DNA of 64,000 bases from an uncultured Verrucomicrobiae bacterium (GTDB taxonomy: Bacteria; Verrucomicrobiota; Verrucomicrobiia; Chthoniobacterales; JAFAMB01): NCBI GenBank assembly GCA_963837955.1, contig CAWIPH010000002.1, positions 1,312,001 to 1,376,000 of the forward strand, given 5' to 3'. The translations under genes and the position numbers were made by a program. Of this stretch, positions 1 to 10,674 are shown in pieces. Every line of letters begins with the position of its first letter. Position 1 is the first letter of the stretch. The notes under the pieces were generated by a model. The model did not search any database, was not told the origin of the DNA, and saw only the letters and a program-made list of their open reading frames with translations.

Positions 1-342
1 CAATGGTGAGATCGCAACGATGGGAACAGTTTGCAGCAAGATCGTGTATGGATAGAGCATGCGGCGGATCCAGCGAGATTGAGCGAATACGATCGCGATG
101 ATCATTCCGGCCACGACGCTGGCCAGTAGCCCGAGAAGCACTGCGCTCGACGTGATCCGCAAAGCGTTGAACAACGATTCGCGTCGATTGCAGACAGCGA
201 GCACCACTGCCCAGGGAGAAGGAAGGATGAACCACGGGATGCGAAAGACCAAAATGATGCTCTCCCAAATAGCGCAGAGAACGCAAAAGATCAGTACTAC
301 ACTGAGCAAATCGATCAGCCGATGCTTTAGAGGTAATTTCAT
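1..342 (-). CDS. ABC transporter permease, NitT/TauT/SsuC family (3' end runs off window)
   Basis: Own translation from ATG at 342: MKLPLKHRLIDLLSVVLIFCVLCAIWESIILVFRIPWFILPSPWAV...LYPYTILLQTVPIVAISP; LPSP and QTVPIVA motifs; directly follows the ABC ATPase. Confidence 0.85.
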   Translation of the reverse strand, partial: MKLPLKHRLIDLLSVVLIFCVLCAIWESIILVFRIPWFILPSPWAVVLAVCNRRESLFNALRITSSAVLLGLLASVVAGMIIAIVFAQSRWIRRMLYPYTILLQTVPIVAISPL

Positions 343-356
343 CCGTTGCGCCGGTA

Positions 357-1205
357 TTAGGGCTGCTGAAAGACGCTGCGAAGCTTGTGTGAGACTTCCA
401 ATACCGCTTGTTCGTATTCAGCACAGAGTCGCAGATCGGCATTTCTAGGAGCGTCAAAGCGAATCGGTATTTCGTGCGCGATCCGGCCAGGGTGGGTCGC
501 CAAAACGATGATGCGATCGGAAAGGAATACTGCTTCGGCGACAGAGTGGGTAACGAATAGAGCCGTCCAACGATTTTCGGCGCGCAAACGCAGAAGCTCT
601 TCGTTGAGCCGGTCACGAGTCATTTCGTCCAGGGCTGCAAACGGTTCATCCATCAAGAGTACTTCGGGTCGACCGGAGAGAGCGCGGGCGATAGAGACGC
701 GCATCTTCATTCCTCCGGAAAGTTGCCGAGGAAATTGACCTGCTACGTCGGTAAGTCCGACCAATGCCAAGGCAGACGTCGCCTTTTCTTTGCGCCGGGC
801 GCGGCTTTCGGCGTGCAATTCGAGGCTCAGTTCGACGTTTCGTTGAACTGTTCTCCAAGGGAGAAGCGTGGCGTCTTGAAACATGAAAGCCATGATCTCG
901 CGAGCGTTCACCGGTTCCATGCCGTCAATCGAGATTTTCCCAGAGGAAATAGGGCTCAACCCGGCGATCAATTTCAGCAGCGTCGACTTACCGCAGCCAG
1001 AGGGGCCGATGATGCTCACGAACTCCGATGGGTAAACATTCAGGCGGATTCGATCCAAAACATAAGTTCCGTTTGGGTATGTCTTGCTTACCTCCCGGAT
1101 CTCGATCTGGGGACGATTCGCGGCCTGTTCGCCAGTCTGTTGCATCGATTTCACGGCGGGCGTCGGTGATCTCATTTTGGGCACGATATATCTGTTACCG
1201 CGCAC
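357..1205 (-). CDS. ABC transporter ATP-binding protein, NitT/TauT family
   Basis: Walker A GPSGCGKST, LSGGM signature, LLMDEPF; true start may be 1175 or 1145. Confidence 0.93.
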   Translation of the reverse strand: MRGNRYIVPKMRSPTPAVKSMQQTGEQAANRPQIEIREVSKTYPNGTYVLDRIRLNVYPSEFVSIIGPSGCGKSTLLKLIAGLSPISSGKISIDGMEPVNAREIMAFMFQDATLLPWRTVQRNVELSLELHAESRARRKEKATSALALVGLTDVAGQFPRQLSGGMKMRVSIARALSGRPEVLLMDEPFAALDEMTRDRLNEELLRLRAENRWTALFVTHSVAEAVFLSDRIIVLATHPGRIAHEIPIRFDAPRNADLRLCAEYEQAVLEVSHKLRSVFQQP

Positions 1206-2887
1206 TAGGCAGCGATCGGCAGATCGAGTCGGGAAGGCGCGTTCCGTTCATGGAGAATCCCCTGCGTTGCTTTACGCCAAGTCCAGGGATCCGCTGCCGG
1301 TGGCGGCACCGAGCAACCGGGGTTACGGTCGTACAAGGGAAAGGCGGAACTAGCGATCTCCAGCCGGATGCGCTCGCCGGCTGCGAATACACAAGAGGTG
1401 GGCTCGAATTCAAATTCCCACCGTATCGGCTCATCGGGCAGAAAACCGTCCGGAAACAGCCAATCGGATCGCGCGATGCCGATGCAAACAAATTCGGCAC
1501 GGCCGTCGCACCGCAGACGAACCAGCTTACCAACAAAATCCGTCGATTGTCTCGAGCTAGTTGCAAACAACACTAATTTCGGATGGCCAAACACATGAAG
1601 CGGTTGGTCTAACGGAGCCGAAGTGTAAACAAGGAGGTTGTTCCCTTGTTCCAAGTTGTATTGATCAAAGCAGCCGGGCGCGGCAGTAATTCCTCCAGGA
1701 GCGATGACCGGAACTTCCGGATCGTAGACGTACAAGTCGCGCGGTTCCTCGCGATCTGGGACAGCCGCGCTTAGTTCGCCGTCGCCGTGGGCGGAGTTCG
1801 CTTTGCCGGCGCTGCGAAGGTAAAAACTTCGGTTCTCCCGAGGCCAGCTTTGGGCGGTGTACCATCGATTAGCGCCGAGTGCGAAATGCCGAATGGGCGG
1901 TTCGTTCGCAAATTCCTCGCTGCCCTTTAACCAATGATTAAACCAGCGTAGAAGGACCAGATTCGTGTCCCACGCAGCTGCCTCGCCGAGATCGATATCT
2001 CCAACTCGAGTTCCCCAGGGAATATGAATCCAAGGACCCGCGATGAGGTACTGATTTGGGCAGCCAGCCGATCGGAGAGCAAGAAAACTATCGATACTTC
2101 CCTTGAGATAAAGATCGTACCAGCCTGAGAGGTGAAGAGTCGGAAGCTGTGGCAATCGTCCGCTCAGATCGAACGCACGCCAATAGTCATCAAAGTGACG
2201 ATGATGGATCCAGTCCTTTACATAAGAAGGCGTACCAGGTGTTTCCAAGGCCGGCAACGCGCGGTAAGGCGCATGCCAGGCTTGCTGACGGAGGTTCAAC
2301 CAGGCCTCTTCCAGTGCGCGGTTGGCTTCCTCTAAGCCGTTACGGCGAACGTCTTCCCGCGACATCTGGATTCCCCAACCAAGGGTAGCCGCGAGCCGCA
2401 AGGCACCGTTATGATAAAACCACCCGGGGTAAAGGTCGTGCGTGGTCATCCAAGGTGCGATCGCAACCAATCCCGGAGCTTGCTCTGCCGCAGCCAGAAA
2501 TTGGGTAGCTCCCTGATAAGAGAAACCATACATGCCGATTTTGCCGTTGCAGGCCGGATGCTGAACCAGCCAGGAGAGCGTGTCGAAGCCGTCAACGCCC
2601 TCGTTGCGAAACGGATAGAATGTTCCTTCGGAGTCGCCTCGTCCCCGAACATCCTGAATGACGACATGATAACCAGCTCGGGCAAACCAGACCGGATGCG
2701 CGTACACGACGGTCGAAGCGATCTCGCGTCCGTAGGGTTGCCGCATGAGAAGGGTGGGGGCGGGGACAGATCCAGCGGGATAGTAATGGTCCGAGATCAG
2801 AGTGGTACCGTCACGCATGCGACACGGAACCGAGCGTTCCAGTCGCACCCCATTTCCGCAGTCGATCAAATGGGCAGCGGACTTCAT
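1205..2887 (-). CDS. CocE/NonD family serine hydrolase
   Basis: MRDG, QDVRGRGDSEG, nucleophile GFSYQG, GWYD, GPWIH, C-terminal jelly-roll region. Confidence 0.92.
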   Translation of the reverse strand: MKSAAHLIDCGNGVRLERSVPCRMRDGTTLISDHYYPAGSVPAPTLLMRQPYGREIASTVVYAHPVWFARAGYHVVIQDVRGRGDSEGTFYPFRNEGVDGFDTLSWLVQHPACNGKIGMYGFSYQGATQFLAAAEQAPGLVAIAPWMTTHDLYPGWFYHNGALRLAATLGWGIQMSREDVRRNGLEEANRALEEAWLNLRQQAWHAPYRALPALETPGTPSYVKDWIHHRHFDDYWRAFDLSGRLPQLPTLHLSGWYDLYLKGSIDSFLALRSAGCPNQYLIAGPWIHIPWGTRVGDIDLGEAAAWDTNLVLLRWFNHWLKGSEEFANEPPIRHFALGANRWYTAQSWPRENRSFYLRSAGKANSAHGDGELSAAVPDREEPRDLYVYDPEVPVIAPGGITAAPGCFDQYNLEQGNNLLVYTSAPLDQPLHVFGHPKLVLFATSSRQSTDFVGKLVRLRCDGRAEFVCIGIARSDWLFPDGFLPDEPIRWEFEFEPTSCVFAAGERIRLEIASSAFPLYDRNPGCSVPPPAADPWTWRKATQGILHERNAPSRLDLPIAA

Positions 2888-3678
2888 TGGGAGTGAGGGC
2901 CTTTAAACGTCGCCATTGCTATTAAGGCGTCGGCTACCTTTCGCGCCATTGCCGCCAACCATCGCTGTCCCTTTTCCGCGGTTGAAGGTCGGGGATCACC
3001 CAATACACCGGACGCAGCAATATCTTTGGTGAGCCAGGCAAAAGTGGCGGGACCATTCTCCGGTAGCAACGCTTCCGGTTTGGAGAGGTCCGCAATATAA
3101 TTCACGGAGTACTGATCCGTCTTGACTAGCTCTGGGCACCCAGCCAGCAACAGCGAAGTCTCCAGCTCACCGGCGTGATATCCATACGCTTTTTCTTGGG
3201 GATCGAGTCCGACAAATGTGGCGCCCCCCGAAGCGCTTAAGCAGAAGGTCCGCAGCCCAAATTCGGCCCGCAGATCGCGAGCCATGACGTCGACCGCCGA
3301 AGTATTTCCGCCATGAGAATTGTAAAGGACGAGTCGCCGAAAGCCGGCGCTGGCTAAACTAGAACCGATATCGCGAACGACCGCCATGAATGTCGTTGCC
3401 GAAAGAGCCAGGGTACCGGCATAACCAATGTGTTCATTGCTCTTTCCGTAACAGACCGGTGGCAGCGCAAAGATAGAGGCTTCGGGTGGCAACAGCTGAA
3501 GTGCGTGCCCGAGGGCTAGATTGTTAATCAAAGTGTCGGTGGCCAGCGGCAGATGGTAACCATGCTGTTCAATCGCAGCGGTAGGTAGAACGAGGAGAGT
3601 ACTCTCGCGCGGTAAACGGTCTACCTCTTGCCAAGTGAGATAAGCGAACTGGCGATCGTCAGGAATCCAGGTTTTCAC
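2884..3678 (-). CDS. creatininase/creatinine amidohydrolase family protein
   Basis: EQHGxHLPLxTD, SNEH, NSHGGN, HAGELETS motifs. Confidence 0.93.
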   Translation of the reverse strand: MKTWIPDDRQFAYLTWQEVDRLPRESTLLVLPTAAIEQHGYHLPLATDTLINNLALGHALQLLPPEASIFALPPVCYGKSNEHIGYAGTLALSATTFMAVVRDIGSSLASAGFRRLVLYNSHGGNTSAVDVMARDLRAEFGLRTFCLSASGGATFVGLDPQEKAYGYHAGELETSLLLAGCPELVKTDQYSVNYIADLSKPEALLPENGPATFAWLTKDIAASGVLGDPRPSTAEKGQRWLAAMARKVADALIAMATFKGPHSQ

Positions 3679-5045
3679 GACTGCGCCAAGGTCGGTTCTT
3701 CCTTCCGAAACGTCACCATTTTGCCAGGATTTAGCAGCCCGTTCGGATCAAATAGATACTTAGCTCGGAGCTGCCGATTGTCGGCCCGAAAACGACCGCC
3801 GCCTTCGACTTGGTTCACGTGAGGATTCGCAATGCTCACCCCGATTTCGCGGCAATGATCAATCATTTCGTTGAGATAAGGTTCAGTTCGATAGCGAACG
3901 ATTGGCAGACAGCTGGGGATGACTCGACCGCCTTCATTCTTAACCATTTCCATATGGAGCAAGAAGTCGTTGCCAAAGCGCTTGCGGAGTAACCGGAATT
4001 GTTCGCGTACTCGATCGGGATCAAAGCTGCATTGCAAATAGGTTAACCCGGAATCGACTTTGATGGCCCAAAGCGTGGTGTGATTCCAGGTGTAATCGGT
4101 CAACAGCGGACCGCGCCGAGGCTCCTGGTAGGGCTGGGCAAAGGTGACTTGGCCATCGGCCTGTTCTGCTTGGGTGACGAGTTCGGGAAGCTGCGGATTA
4201 TCTACTTGGCAAAAAATTATCGCCTTTTCTTCCGGACATATTTTCCGAACCGGAAGGAAGTAGCTCGGAATAGGCCATTCGAAAATCGTCACCAACCGTT
4301 TTCGGATTTCTTCGGATTGCGCGAGCGTTTCGCCGAAGTCGTACGCCTCGGTAAACGATGGAAAAGCGATGGCCGCTTGGGCCCAATCCCGACGTGTCCC
4401 CAGTGCCAACCAAATCTTCGTGATGATTCCATTCGTTCCCCATGAGTGTAGGATTTGGTGAACTTCATCCCCAGCAAAACGAAGAAGTCGTGGCGCCTTC
4501 TCCATTGTTAAAATTTCTATCGCGCGAACAGTTTGATTGTCCCGTAATCCGCCGTAAGTGATCGATCCAATCCCGCCGGAGCCGCCGGCCAGAAAACCTC
4601 CAACCGACGCCTTTACATAAGTGCTCGGGTAGCAACGCAGTTCCCAGCCCACTTTGCGTGCTGCCGTCTCGATAGCGGCCAGCCGGGCGCCCGGTTCGCA
4701 GACGGCTACGCCCTCCGGCTCGATAGCGAGGATCTGGTCCATTGACGCCAAATCCAAAACCACACCACCGGCCAACGGAACAGCCTGCCCGTAATTTCCG
4801 GTACCGGAACCACGAACGGTCACCGGTATATTCTCGATAAAACAGTAGGTGAGGATTCTCCTGATCTCTTCAACCGATCGTGGTTGCGCGATTACGTCCG
4901 CCCGTTTGTCGTCGAGGAGAGTCTTGAGGATTGGTGAATACCAATAAAAGTCCTTCGAAAGTCTCTCCACGGCTTGGGGTTCCCGGATTAACGCATTGGT
5001 TCTCCCCAGGCGTGTTTCCAATTCAGCAACGTTGCGTTCGGTCAT
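3675..5045 (-). CDS. FAD-binding oxidoreductase (FAD_binding_4 / GlcD-like)
   Basis: RGSGTGNYGQ, DFYWYSP, C-terminal DPNGLLNPGK; start set at ATG 5045, which overlaps the upstream TGA (ATGA). Confidence 0.88.
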   Translation of the reverse strand: MTERNVAELETRLGRTNALIREPQAVERLSKDFYWYSPILKTLLDDKRADVIAQPRSVEEIRRILTYCFIENIPVTVRGSGTGNYGQAVPLAGGVVLDLASMDQILAIEPEGVAVCEPGARLAAIETAARKVGWELRCYPSTYVKASVGGFLAGGSGGIGSITYGGLRDNQTVRAIEILTMEKAPRLLRFAGDEVHQILHSWGTNGIITKIWLALGTRRDWAQAAIAFPSFTEAYDFGETLAQSEEIRKRLVTIFEWPIPSYFLPVRKICPEEKAIIFCQVDNPQLPELVTQAEQADGQVTFAQPYQEPRRGPLLTDYTWNHTTLWAIKVDSGLTYLQCSFDPDRVREQFRLLRKRFGNDFLLHMEMVKNEGGRVIPSCLPIVRYRTEPYLNEMIDHCREIGVSIANPHVNQVEGGGRFRADNRQLRAKYLFDPNGLLNPGKMVTFRKEEPTLAQS

Positions 5046-5569
5046 TGGTTGTTTGATCGCCAGATTTTGAATCGCTTGATCATATTCGGATGAGAGAAAA
5101 GCGAGTAACAGAGTTCCGCCTCGACCGGACCAACCACTTCGCAACGCATGTCACTTTTAGACGCGAGCTCACTCGCAGGAACGTAGATTTGGTTACAGTG
5201 GCGAGCGGCGTGTTCGATAGTCGCGCCGTAGACAACGCGATCCAGACCTGCCCAGAGGATGGCTGCCATGCACATCGGACACGGTTCACAGGTTGTATAT
5301 AGAGTGTAACCGCGGAGGAGGTGATTCTTGATCCGTTTGCAGGCAATTCTGATGGCATTCACTTCCGCATGGCAGGTCGGATCCTGTTTTTGGGAGGACT
5401 GATTGACGGCTCGAACCAACATTTTGCGGGACTGAGTATGTATTACCGTGGCCCCGAATGGCACAGGTGTCTCTGTCAGCAATGTTCTTTGGGTGAACCG
5501 AACCAGGCTGACCATTTGCTCCCGATCAAAAGTGGAAAGTCCGGGATCTTTGATTCTTGCGACCGCCAT
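5042..5569 (-). CDS. nucleoside/nucleobase deaminase (guanine deaminase-like, CDA fold)
   Basis: PFGA, HAEVNAI and EPCPMC zinc motifs. Confidence 0.9.
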   Translation of the reverse strand: MAVARIKDPGLSTFDREQMVSLVRFTQRTLLTETPVPFGATVIHTQSRKMLVRAVNQSSQKQDPTCHAEVNAIRIACKRIKNHLLRGYTLYTTCEPCPMCMAAILWAGLDRVVYGATIEHAARHCNQIYVPASELASKSDMRCEVVGPVEAELCYSLFSHPNMIKRFKIWRSNNQ

Positions 5570-5624
5570 CAGTGGGCCGTCATATCAGCAGATTTTATTC
5601 CTGAACGCCGAAGCAGCCCATGCC

Positions 5625-5812
5625 GCCGGAGGGGAGCCGCTTGCGGCTCCCGAGAATAGTCCATGATAGGGCAACGCGAGCGAATCTTTGGACTCGATCC
5701 CTCTGTGCGCGCTGGATTATTTCCGGGCGTCGCACGTGTCCGACGAAGCCTCAGTCGCCTCGTAGGCCATGGCGCACCAAACTTGCGAAGTCGGAAGCAA
5801 CGCCCCTCCGAC
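5625..5812. repeat. REP-like GGAG-hairpin pair in divergent intergenic region
   Basis: GGAGGGGAGCCGCTTGCGGCTCCC at 5628 and inverted degenerate partner ending CCCCTCCGAC at 5812. Confidence 0.55.
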
Positions 5813-5882
5813 AGCTCGGCGTCCAGAAATTTCCGGGCATCCAAGTCTGTGGAATTGAACGCTTCTATCCAATTCCGCAGAC

Positions 5883-7214
5883 TTGATGCACTATTGTGTC
5901 CCTATGCGAGGTGGCTCCCCAGACTCCAATCTTACCGAAACCTCTGTGACTGGCTCGCGCCAAAAGATACTGACTAAGGAAATTGGAATTCGGATTCCAA
6001 CCGAGATCGCTAAGAAGCACCGAAATCTTTCTCCGGGTCGCAATACCTATCTCGCAACCAGTGACGAGAACATTAGCCGGCAGCTCGATCAGCTCGATTC
6101 GTCAGATCACGGGGCGCTCGCCGGCATTCCGGTTTCGATCAAAGACTGTTTCGATGTTGCTGGTTATCCGACGAGCGTTGGATCCAGGTTTTATCAGGAA
6201 CAGTCCGGGATTTGTGCGGCTGATTCCGGGGTAGCGCGACGAGTACGTTCGGCTGGCGGGATCATCACGGGGAAGACACACCTCAATCAATTGGCCTATG
6301 GTCTTACCGGCGAAAACCTAGACTTTGGAAACTGTTTGCAGCCAGCGAATCCGGCTCTGCTCACCGGCGGATCCAGCAGCGGAGCTGCCGCCAGCATTTT
6401 AGAAGGCTCGGCCATGTGCGCAATCGGGACCGATACCGGCGGTTCGATACGGTTTCCGGCAAGCCTGTGCGGTTTGTACGGTTTCAGGGCATCTTTGGGA
6501 GTCGGTTCTTGGGAGGGAGGACATCATCTCGCGGAATCGTTCGATACGATTGGATTTCTTTTTCGGCACTTGGAAGACGCACTTCAACTCGGAGAAGCCA
6601 TCTTTGAACTGCCAAGACCAAGAACGGCTCCGCGCTTCAAGACAATCGGAGTCGTCGAGGGAAATTTCCTCCGCGATGCGGAACCGGAGGTATTAGAAGG
6701 AGCACTGGATTGGGGTCGACGCTTGGAGCAGCGCGGATTCTTATTGGAAAAGTTCGCGCCGATTGATTGGGAGGAAGCGTTAGAAGTATTCCGTCCCATT
6801 CAAGCATTCGAAGCAGCCAAGTATCACGCGGGAAATTTCAACCAGTTTGAGCCAGGGATTCGAGCGCGCCTGGAATGGGGAGCGAGTCTTGGGTCAAGTG
6901 AGTTGGAGACGCTACGGGAACGACGTGAATTGTTCGTGCTACGAATGCAGGAACTCTTTGGGCGTTACGATCTTTTACTTTGGCCAGTAGCCCCGATCGC
7001 CAGGCTAGAGAACGGTGCCGATACTCAGCTCGTGCGCGATCGAGTCTTACGTTATACGACGCCCGCGAGCGTTGCCGGATTGCCCTGTTTAGCCTTGCCG
7101 AATCGCGTAGGCGGCGCGCAATTAGCGGCTCCTCACGGGTCAGATCGAGAGCTGCTGCGGGTGGCTTCGCTGCTTGCTGCTACGCGGCAAAGAGAAATGA
7201 CAAATGGGGCGTAA
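5883..7214 (+). CDS. amidase signature family protein
   Basis: SIKD, GGSSSG, GTDTGGSIR (Ser-cisSer-Lys triad); true start uncertain. Confidence 0.92.
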   Translation: MMHYCVPMRGGSPDSNLTETSVTGSRQKILTKEIGIRIPTEIAKKHRNLSPGRNTYLATSDENISRQLDQLDSSDHGALAGIPVSIKDCFDVAGYPTSVGSRFYQEQSGICAADSGVARRVRSAGGIITGKTHLNQLAYGLTGENLDFGNCLQPANPALLTGGSSSGAAASILEGSAMCAIGTDTGGSIRFPASLCGLYGFRASLGVGSWEGGHHLAESFDTIGFLFRHLEDALQLGEAIFELPRPRTAPRFKTIGVVEGNFLRDAEPEVLEGALDWGRRLEQRGFLLEKFAPIDWEEALEVFRPIQAFEAAKYHAGNFNQFEPGIRARLEWGASLGSSELETLRERRELFVLRMQELFGRYDLLLWPVAPIARLENGADTQLVRDRVLRYTTPASVAGLPCLALPNRVGGAQLAAPHGSDRELLRVASLLAATRQREMTNGA

Positions 7215-7222
7215 ACCGACGG

Positions 7223-7353
7223 ACACCCCTGACGACGGAGGGCGAGCCGCTCGCGGCTCCCGGAAGCTATCCATGGCGACCGATCTAGCGTGTTGTTGAT
7301 CGTGGGTAAATCCCGGGAGCCGCAAGCGGCTCGCCCTCCGTCGTCAGGGGTGT
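7223..7353. repeat. REPIN-like long inverted repeat
   Basis: About 41-bp arms ACACCCCTGACGACGGAGGGCGAGCCGCTCGCGGCTCCCGG and CCGGGAGCCGCAAGCGGCTCGCCCTCCGTCGTCAGGGGTGT. Confidence 0.85.
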
Positions 7354-7409
7354 TGCTGGTGGACCCATTTGCCAATCTGTCATTTTCCATAGCTGCAACG
7401 CAGCCCGCC

Positions 7410-7425
7410 TGGCACGACTGCTGCT
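7410..7425 (+). promoter_or_regulatory. putative sigma-54 (-24/-12) promoter
   Basis: TGGCACGACTGCTGCT (GG-N10-GC), ending 13 nt before the ATG at 7439. Confidence 0.6.
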
Positions 7426-7438
7426 ATTTTAGCGGGCG

Positions 7439-8431
7439 ATGATTCGCAGTCTCCTCGCTCTTTGTTGTTCCGGCTCACTGCTGCTGTTAGCCGGATGCAA
7501 CAAAGCCCCAGAACCTCAGAAAACTTCTGAAACGCAGCTTACACCGGTCCGTTTTCTGACCGATTGGTATCCCCAACCAGAACATGGAGGATTCTATAAT
7601 GCCCTGGTCCGCGGCTATTACAAAGAGGCCGGCCTGGATGTAACTATTGAACCAGGTGGCCCAAATATTTATCCGACTCAGCGCGTCCCCGTGGGGGCGG
7701 GAGAGTTTGGTATGGCCTCCTCCGATATTATCCTGAAGACGAATGCGGAAGGTCAAGACCTGGTCGCCGTTGGGGCGACGATGCAGTGGGATCCTCAAGC
7801 GATCATGCTGCACGCGGAAGATCCGGCAAATAGTTTTGCCGATTTGGAAGGTCGAACTATTGCCGCTGTTCCCGGCTCAGTCTGGTTTCTCTATCTGGTG
7901 AAGAAGTTCAATTTTCAGAATGTGAAAGAGATACCCGCGACCTTCACCATAGCGAATTTCTTGCACGACCCTCAGTACATCCAACAGATCTTTGTGACTT
8001 CGGAGCCATTCTTTGTTGAGCAGTCCGGCGGCAGTAAACCGAAAATCCTACTCATCAAGGATACCGGCTACCAGATCTACCGCGTTTTCTTTACGACCCG
8101 AAGCTACATGGAAAAGAATCCGGAAATTGTGCGAAAGTTTGTTGCCGCTTCGGTCAGAGGCTGGCGGGACTATATTCAAGACCCGAGCGCAGCGAATGCC
8201 GAAATCGCCAAACGAAACCCGGAGATGAACGTGGAGCGGATGAAATTTAGCTGGAATGCACTGAAAGAGGGAGGCTTCGTTTACGGTTCGGATCCGAGCG
8301 GAGCCTTAACCGGGAAATTCGACCCACAACGTTGGAACGAAAATTACCAGATTCTGCGAAGCCTGGGAGTTATTACTAAAGATATCGACCCGATGCGAGG
8401 TTACACGCTGGAATTCACGAAGGGCTTATGA
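7439..8431 (+). CDS. ABC substrate-binding lipoprotein, NMT1/THI5-like
   Basis: Lipobox LLAGC; DWYPQPEHGGFY and GYYKEAGLDVTIEPGGP motifs. Confidence 0.9.
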   Translation: MIRSLLALCCSGSLLLLAGCNKAPEPQKTSETQLTPVRFLTDWYPQPEHGGFYNALVRGYYKEAGLDVTIEPGGPNIYPTQRVPVGAGEFGMASSDIILKTNAEGQDLVAVGATMQWDPQAIMLHAEDPANSFADLEGRTIAAVPGSVWFLYLVKKFNFQNVKEIPATFTIANFLHDPQYIQQIFVTSEPFFVEQSGGSKPKILLIKDTGYQIYRVFFTTRSYMEKNPEIVRKFVAASVRGWRDYIQDPSAANAEIAKRNPEMNVERMKFSWNALKEGGFVYGSDPSGALTGKFDPQRWNENYQILRSLGVITKDIDPMRGYTLEFTKGL

Positions 8432-8935
8432 TTTTTCGGAGGTCGATAATTCAGCATCTGGCAGCACCAACAATATCAGGATGATTCCGATGCAGGCGAA
8501 CATCCTGAACGCTGCATCCTGACCATTCCAGATCTTCGATTGCCACATCAGAAACCATTCTCCGCCCACGGACAAGAAAGCGACAAGCCACTGCAAGAGG
8601 CTGAGGGTTAGGCCGATTATTGCCGGGTTCTTGGCCCGTTGAAAAATGGACGAAGGGGATCTTAGATTGCGGAGACTTTTGACAGTTCCCCACCAACAAA
8701 AAGTTGCGGCAACGGCTTCCCAGGCGATGATCGTTGCGTAAAAGAAGGTGTCTTCTAACCCGGAAGTAAGAGCACGCCACTTTCCATGATTTTCAGGGAA
8801 AGTCGTATCCATGCTCAGAACGTGCTCCACGAAATGGTAGTTGGAATCGTAATCGGTCAAGTTGTTGAAAACGACGAGCGTAAGAAAGAAGGCTACGGCG
8901 GCCACGAGAGCTAGCTTGCAGATGCGAAGAGTCAT
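8426..8935 (-). CDS. DUF2165 family membrane protein
   Basis: NNLTDYDSNYxFVxHVLSMDTTF and GGEWFLMWQS motifs. Confidence 0.88.
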   Translation of the reverse strand: MTLRICKLALVAAVAFFLTLVVFNNLTDYDSNYHFVEHVLSMDTTFPENHGKWRALTSGLEDTFFYATIIAWEAVAATFCWWGTVKSLRNLRSPSSIFQRAKNPAIIGLTLSLLQWLVAFLSVGGEWFLMWQSKIWNGQDAAFRMFACIGIILILLVLPDAELSTSEKS

Positions 8936-9090
8936 CGGGTCGGGAGACGAAGCATGATATATGCCGATTGTTAGTTAAGTCGCTACAGGCGACGCTGTTG
9001 TCGTTTAGCCATCCTGGCGCTTTTTCGAACGATGTTAAATATATTGCACAGAAATATTCGACCAAATTATCGCGGTTCAAGGAGGTGCCA

Positions 9091-9549
9091 TTGAGTGCAA
9101 TCGAGGCCCGACTCCAGTCGCTCGGATTCGAGCTTCCGGATCCACCTACTCCAGGCGGTAACTACGTCCCGTTCGTCGTCCAGGACCGGTTCGTTTTTTT
9201 GGCCGGAGTCATCTCGATTTCCAACGGTCTGTTGATCGCTGGCACCGTTGGCGCGGACAAAAGTATCCAAGATGGTTACGAAGCGGCGCGGGCGTGTGCT
9301 CTCATTCAGTTGGCGAACCTGAAACTGGCGCTCGGCGATTTAGATCGGCTGCAGCGTATCATATCCCTGAATGGTTATGTGAACGCGGTTCCTGGATTTG
9401 CGGAATCCCCGCAAGTAATAAATGGCGCCTCGGATCTCTTGGTGGAGCTTCTTGGATCGCGCGGGTTGCATGCCCGTGCAGCAATCGGGGTGCCGGCACT
9501 ACCGAAGAACGCCCTGGTCGAAATCCAAATGATTGCGACGATGGAATAA
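9091..9549 (+). CDS. RidA/YjgF family protein
   Basis: GNYVP, NGASDLL, HARAAIGVxxLP, VEI; TTG start at 9091 after GGAGG. Confidence 0.9.
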   Translation: MSAIEARLQSLGFELPDPPTPGGNYVPFVVQDRFVFLAGVISISNGLLIAGTVGADKSIQDGYEAARACALIQLANLKLALGDLDRLQRIISLNGYVNAVPGFAESPQVINGASDLLVELLGSRGLHARAAIGVPALPKNALVEIQMIATME

Positions 9550-9694
9550 CCCGAAGCATAGCCAGTCACCGAGAACGAACAGCAAGTAGTCTGATGCTCC
9601 GGCCTCAGGGGGACACGTGCGCTGTCGGCTCGATCGTTCATTACTCCAACACCCCATTACTCCATTTGCTATCTGCTATCTGCTATCACCAGCC

Positions 9695-10615
9695 ATGCCT
9701 GAATTTACTTTGACTGCCGCGTCGACACATGACCGTTGGAATCGCGATCTGCCGCCCCAACTGAGGGTTGGCGCCGATGCACTGGTCCATTTTGAATGTT
9801 TGGATTCGAGCGGCGCGCAAGTTGGTCCTGATTCGACTCTGGCCGACTTTCTCCAAATCAATCGAGATAAGATTCACACGCTTACCGGACCGGTCTACGT
9901 CGAAGGAGCACAACCTGGTGACGTTTTGCGAATCGAAATCCTGGAAGTCGCGCATCGTGGATGGGGATGGTCGAGCATCATTCCCAACCTTGGATTCCTA
10001 CACGAACGATTCCCTGAACCATTCTTTTTCATTTGGAAATTGGAAGAAAATATTTCCAAATCGCTCGTTCCAGCGGTCGTACCGTTGCGTCCGTTCTGTG
10101 GAATTATTGGTGTCGCACCCGCAGAAGCGGGCGAATTCCGCACGCGTACCCCCGGAGTTTTTGGGGGCAACATCGATGTGCACGATCTCACTGTTGGATC
10201 AATTCTCTATTTGCCGGTTCAGACCCCTGGAGCTCTTCTCTCTTTGGGTGACGTCCACGCTGCGCAGGGAGATGGAGAGGTTTGCATCAACGGTATTGAG
10301 TGTCCCGCCCAGGTCACGGTGCGGCTAACTCTGGTCAAGAATCAGAAATTGAGCGGACCGTTTGTGGAGAGCCCACGATTGCGGAGAGAGACGGCAGGAG
10401 AGTGGGTGATGGTTGAGTCGGACGCGGACCCGCTCATCGCGGCTCGCCGAGCGACCTTTCGCATGATCGAGTTTCTGGTGGAACGCTGGAATTTATCTCC
10501 GGAGCACGCCTATATACTCTGCAGCGTCGCAATGGATCTACGCCTGGCGCAAGTCGTGAACGTCCCGATAATGACTGTGTGTGCGGGGCTCGAGAAGTCG
10601 ATTTTCGGAGTCTGA
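9695..10615 (+). CDS. acetamidase/formamidase family protein
   Basis: HTLTGPVYVEGAQPGD, GGNID, GDVHAAQGDGEV. Confidence 0.92.
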   Translation: MPEFTLTAASTHDRWNRDLPPQLRVGADALVHFECLDSSGAQVGPDSTLADFLQINRDKIHTLTGPVYVEGAQPGDVLRIEILEVAHRGWGWSSIIPNLGFLHERFPEPFFFIWKLEENISKSLVPAVVPLRPFCGIIGVAPAEAGEFRTRTPGVFGGNIDVHDLTVGSILYLPVQTPGALLSLGDVHAAQGDGEVCINGIECPAQVTVRLTLVKNQKLSGPFVESPRLRRETAGEWVMVESDADPLIAARRATFRMIEFLVERWNLSPEHAYILCSVAMDLRLAQVVNVPIMTVCAGLEKSIFGV

Positions 10616-10674
10616 CGAATGCATTGTGAGTAGGGACGGCGGCTGTCCGTCTTAATTCGGTCCGACGGGAGCCA

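Noticed and set aside
5570..5882. Riboswitch in the divergent region before the deaminase and amidase
   Set aside because: The hairpins are explained by REP-like units; no purine, guanidine or TPP aptamer consensus was recognised.
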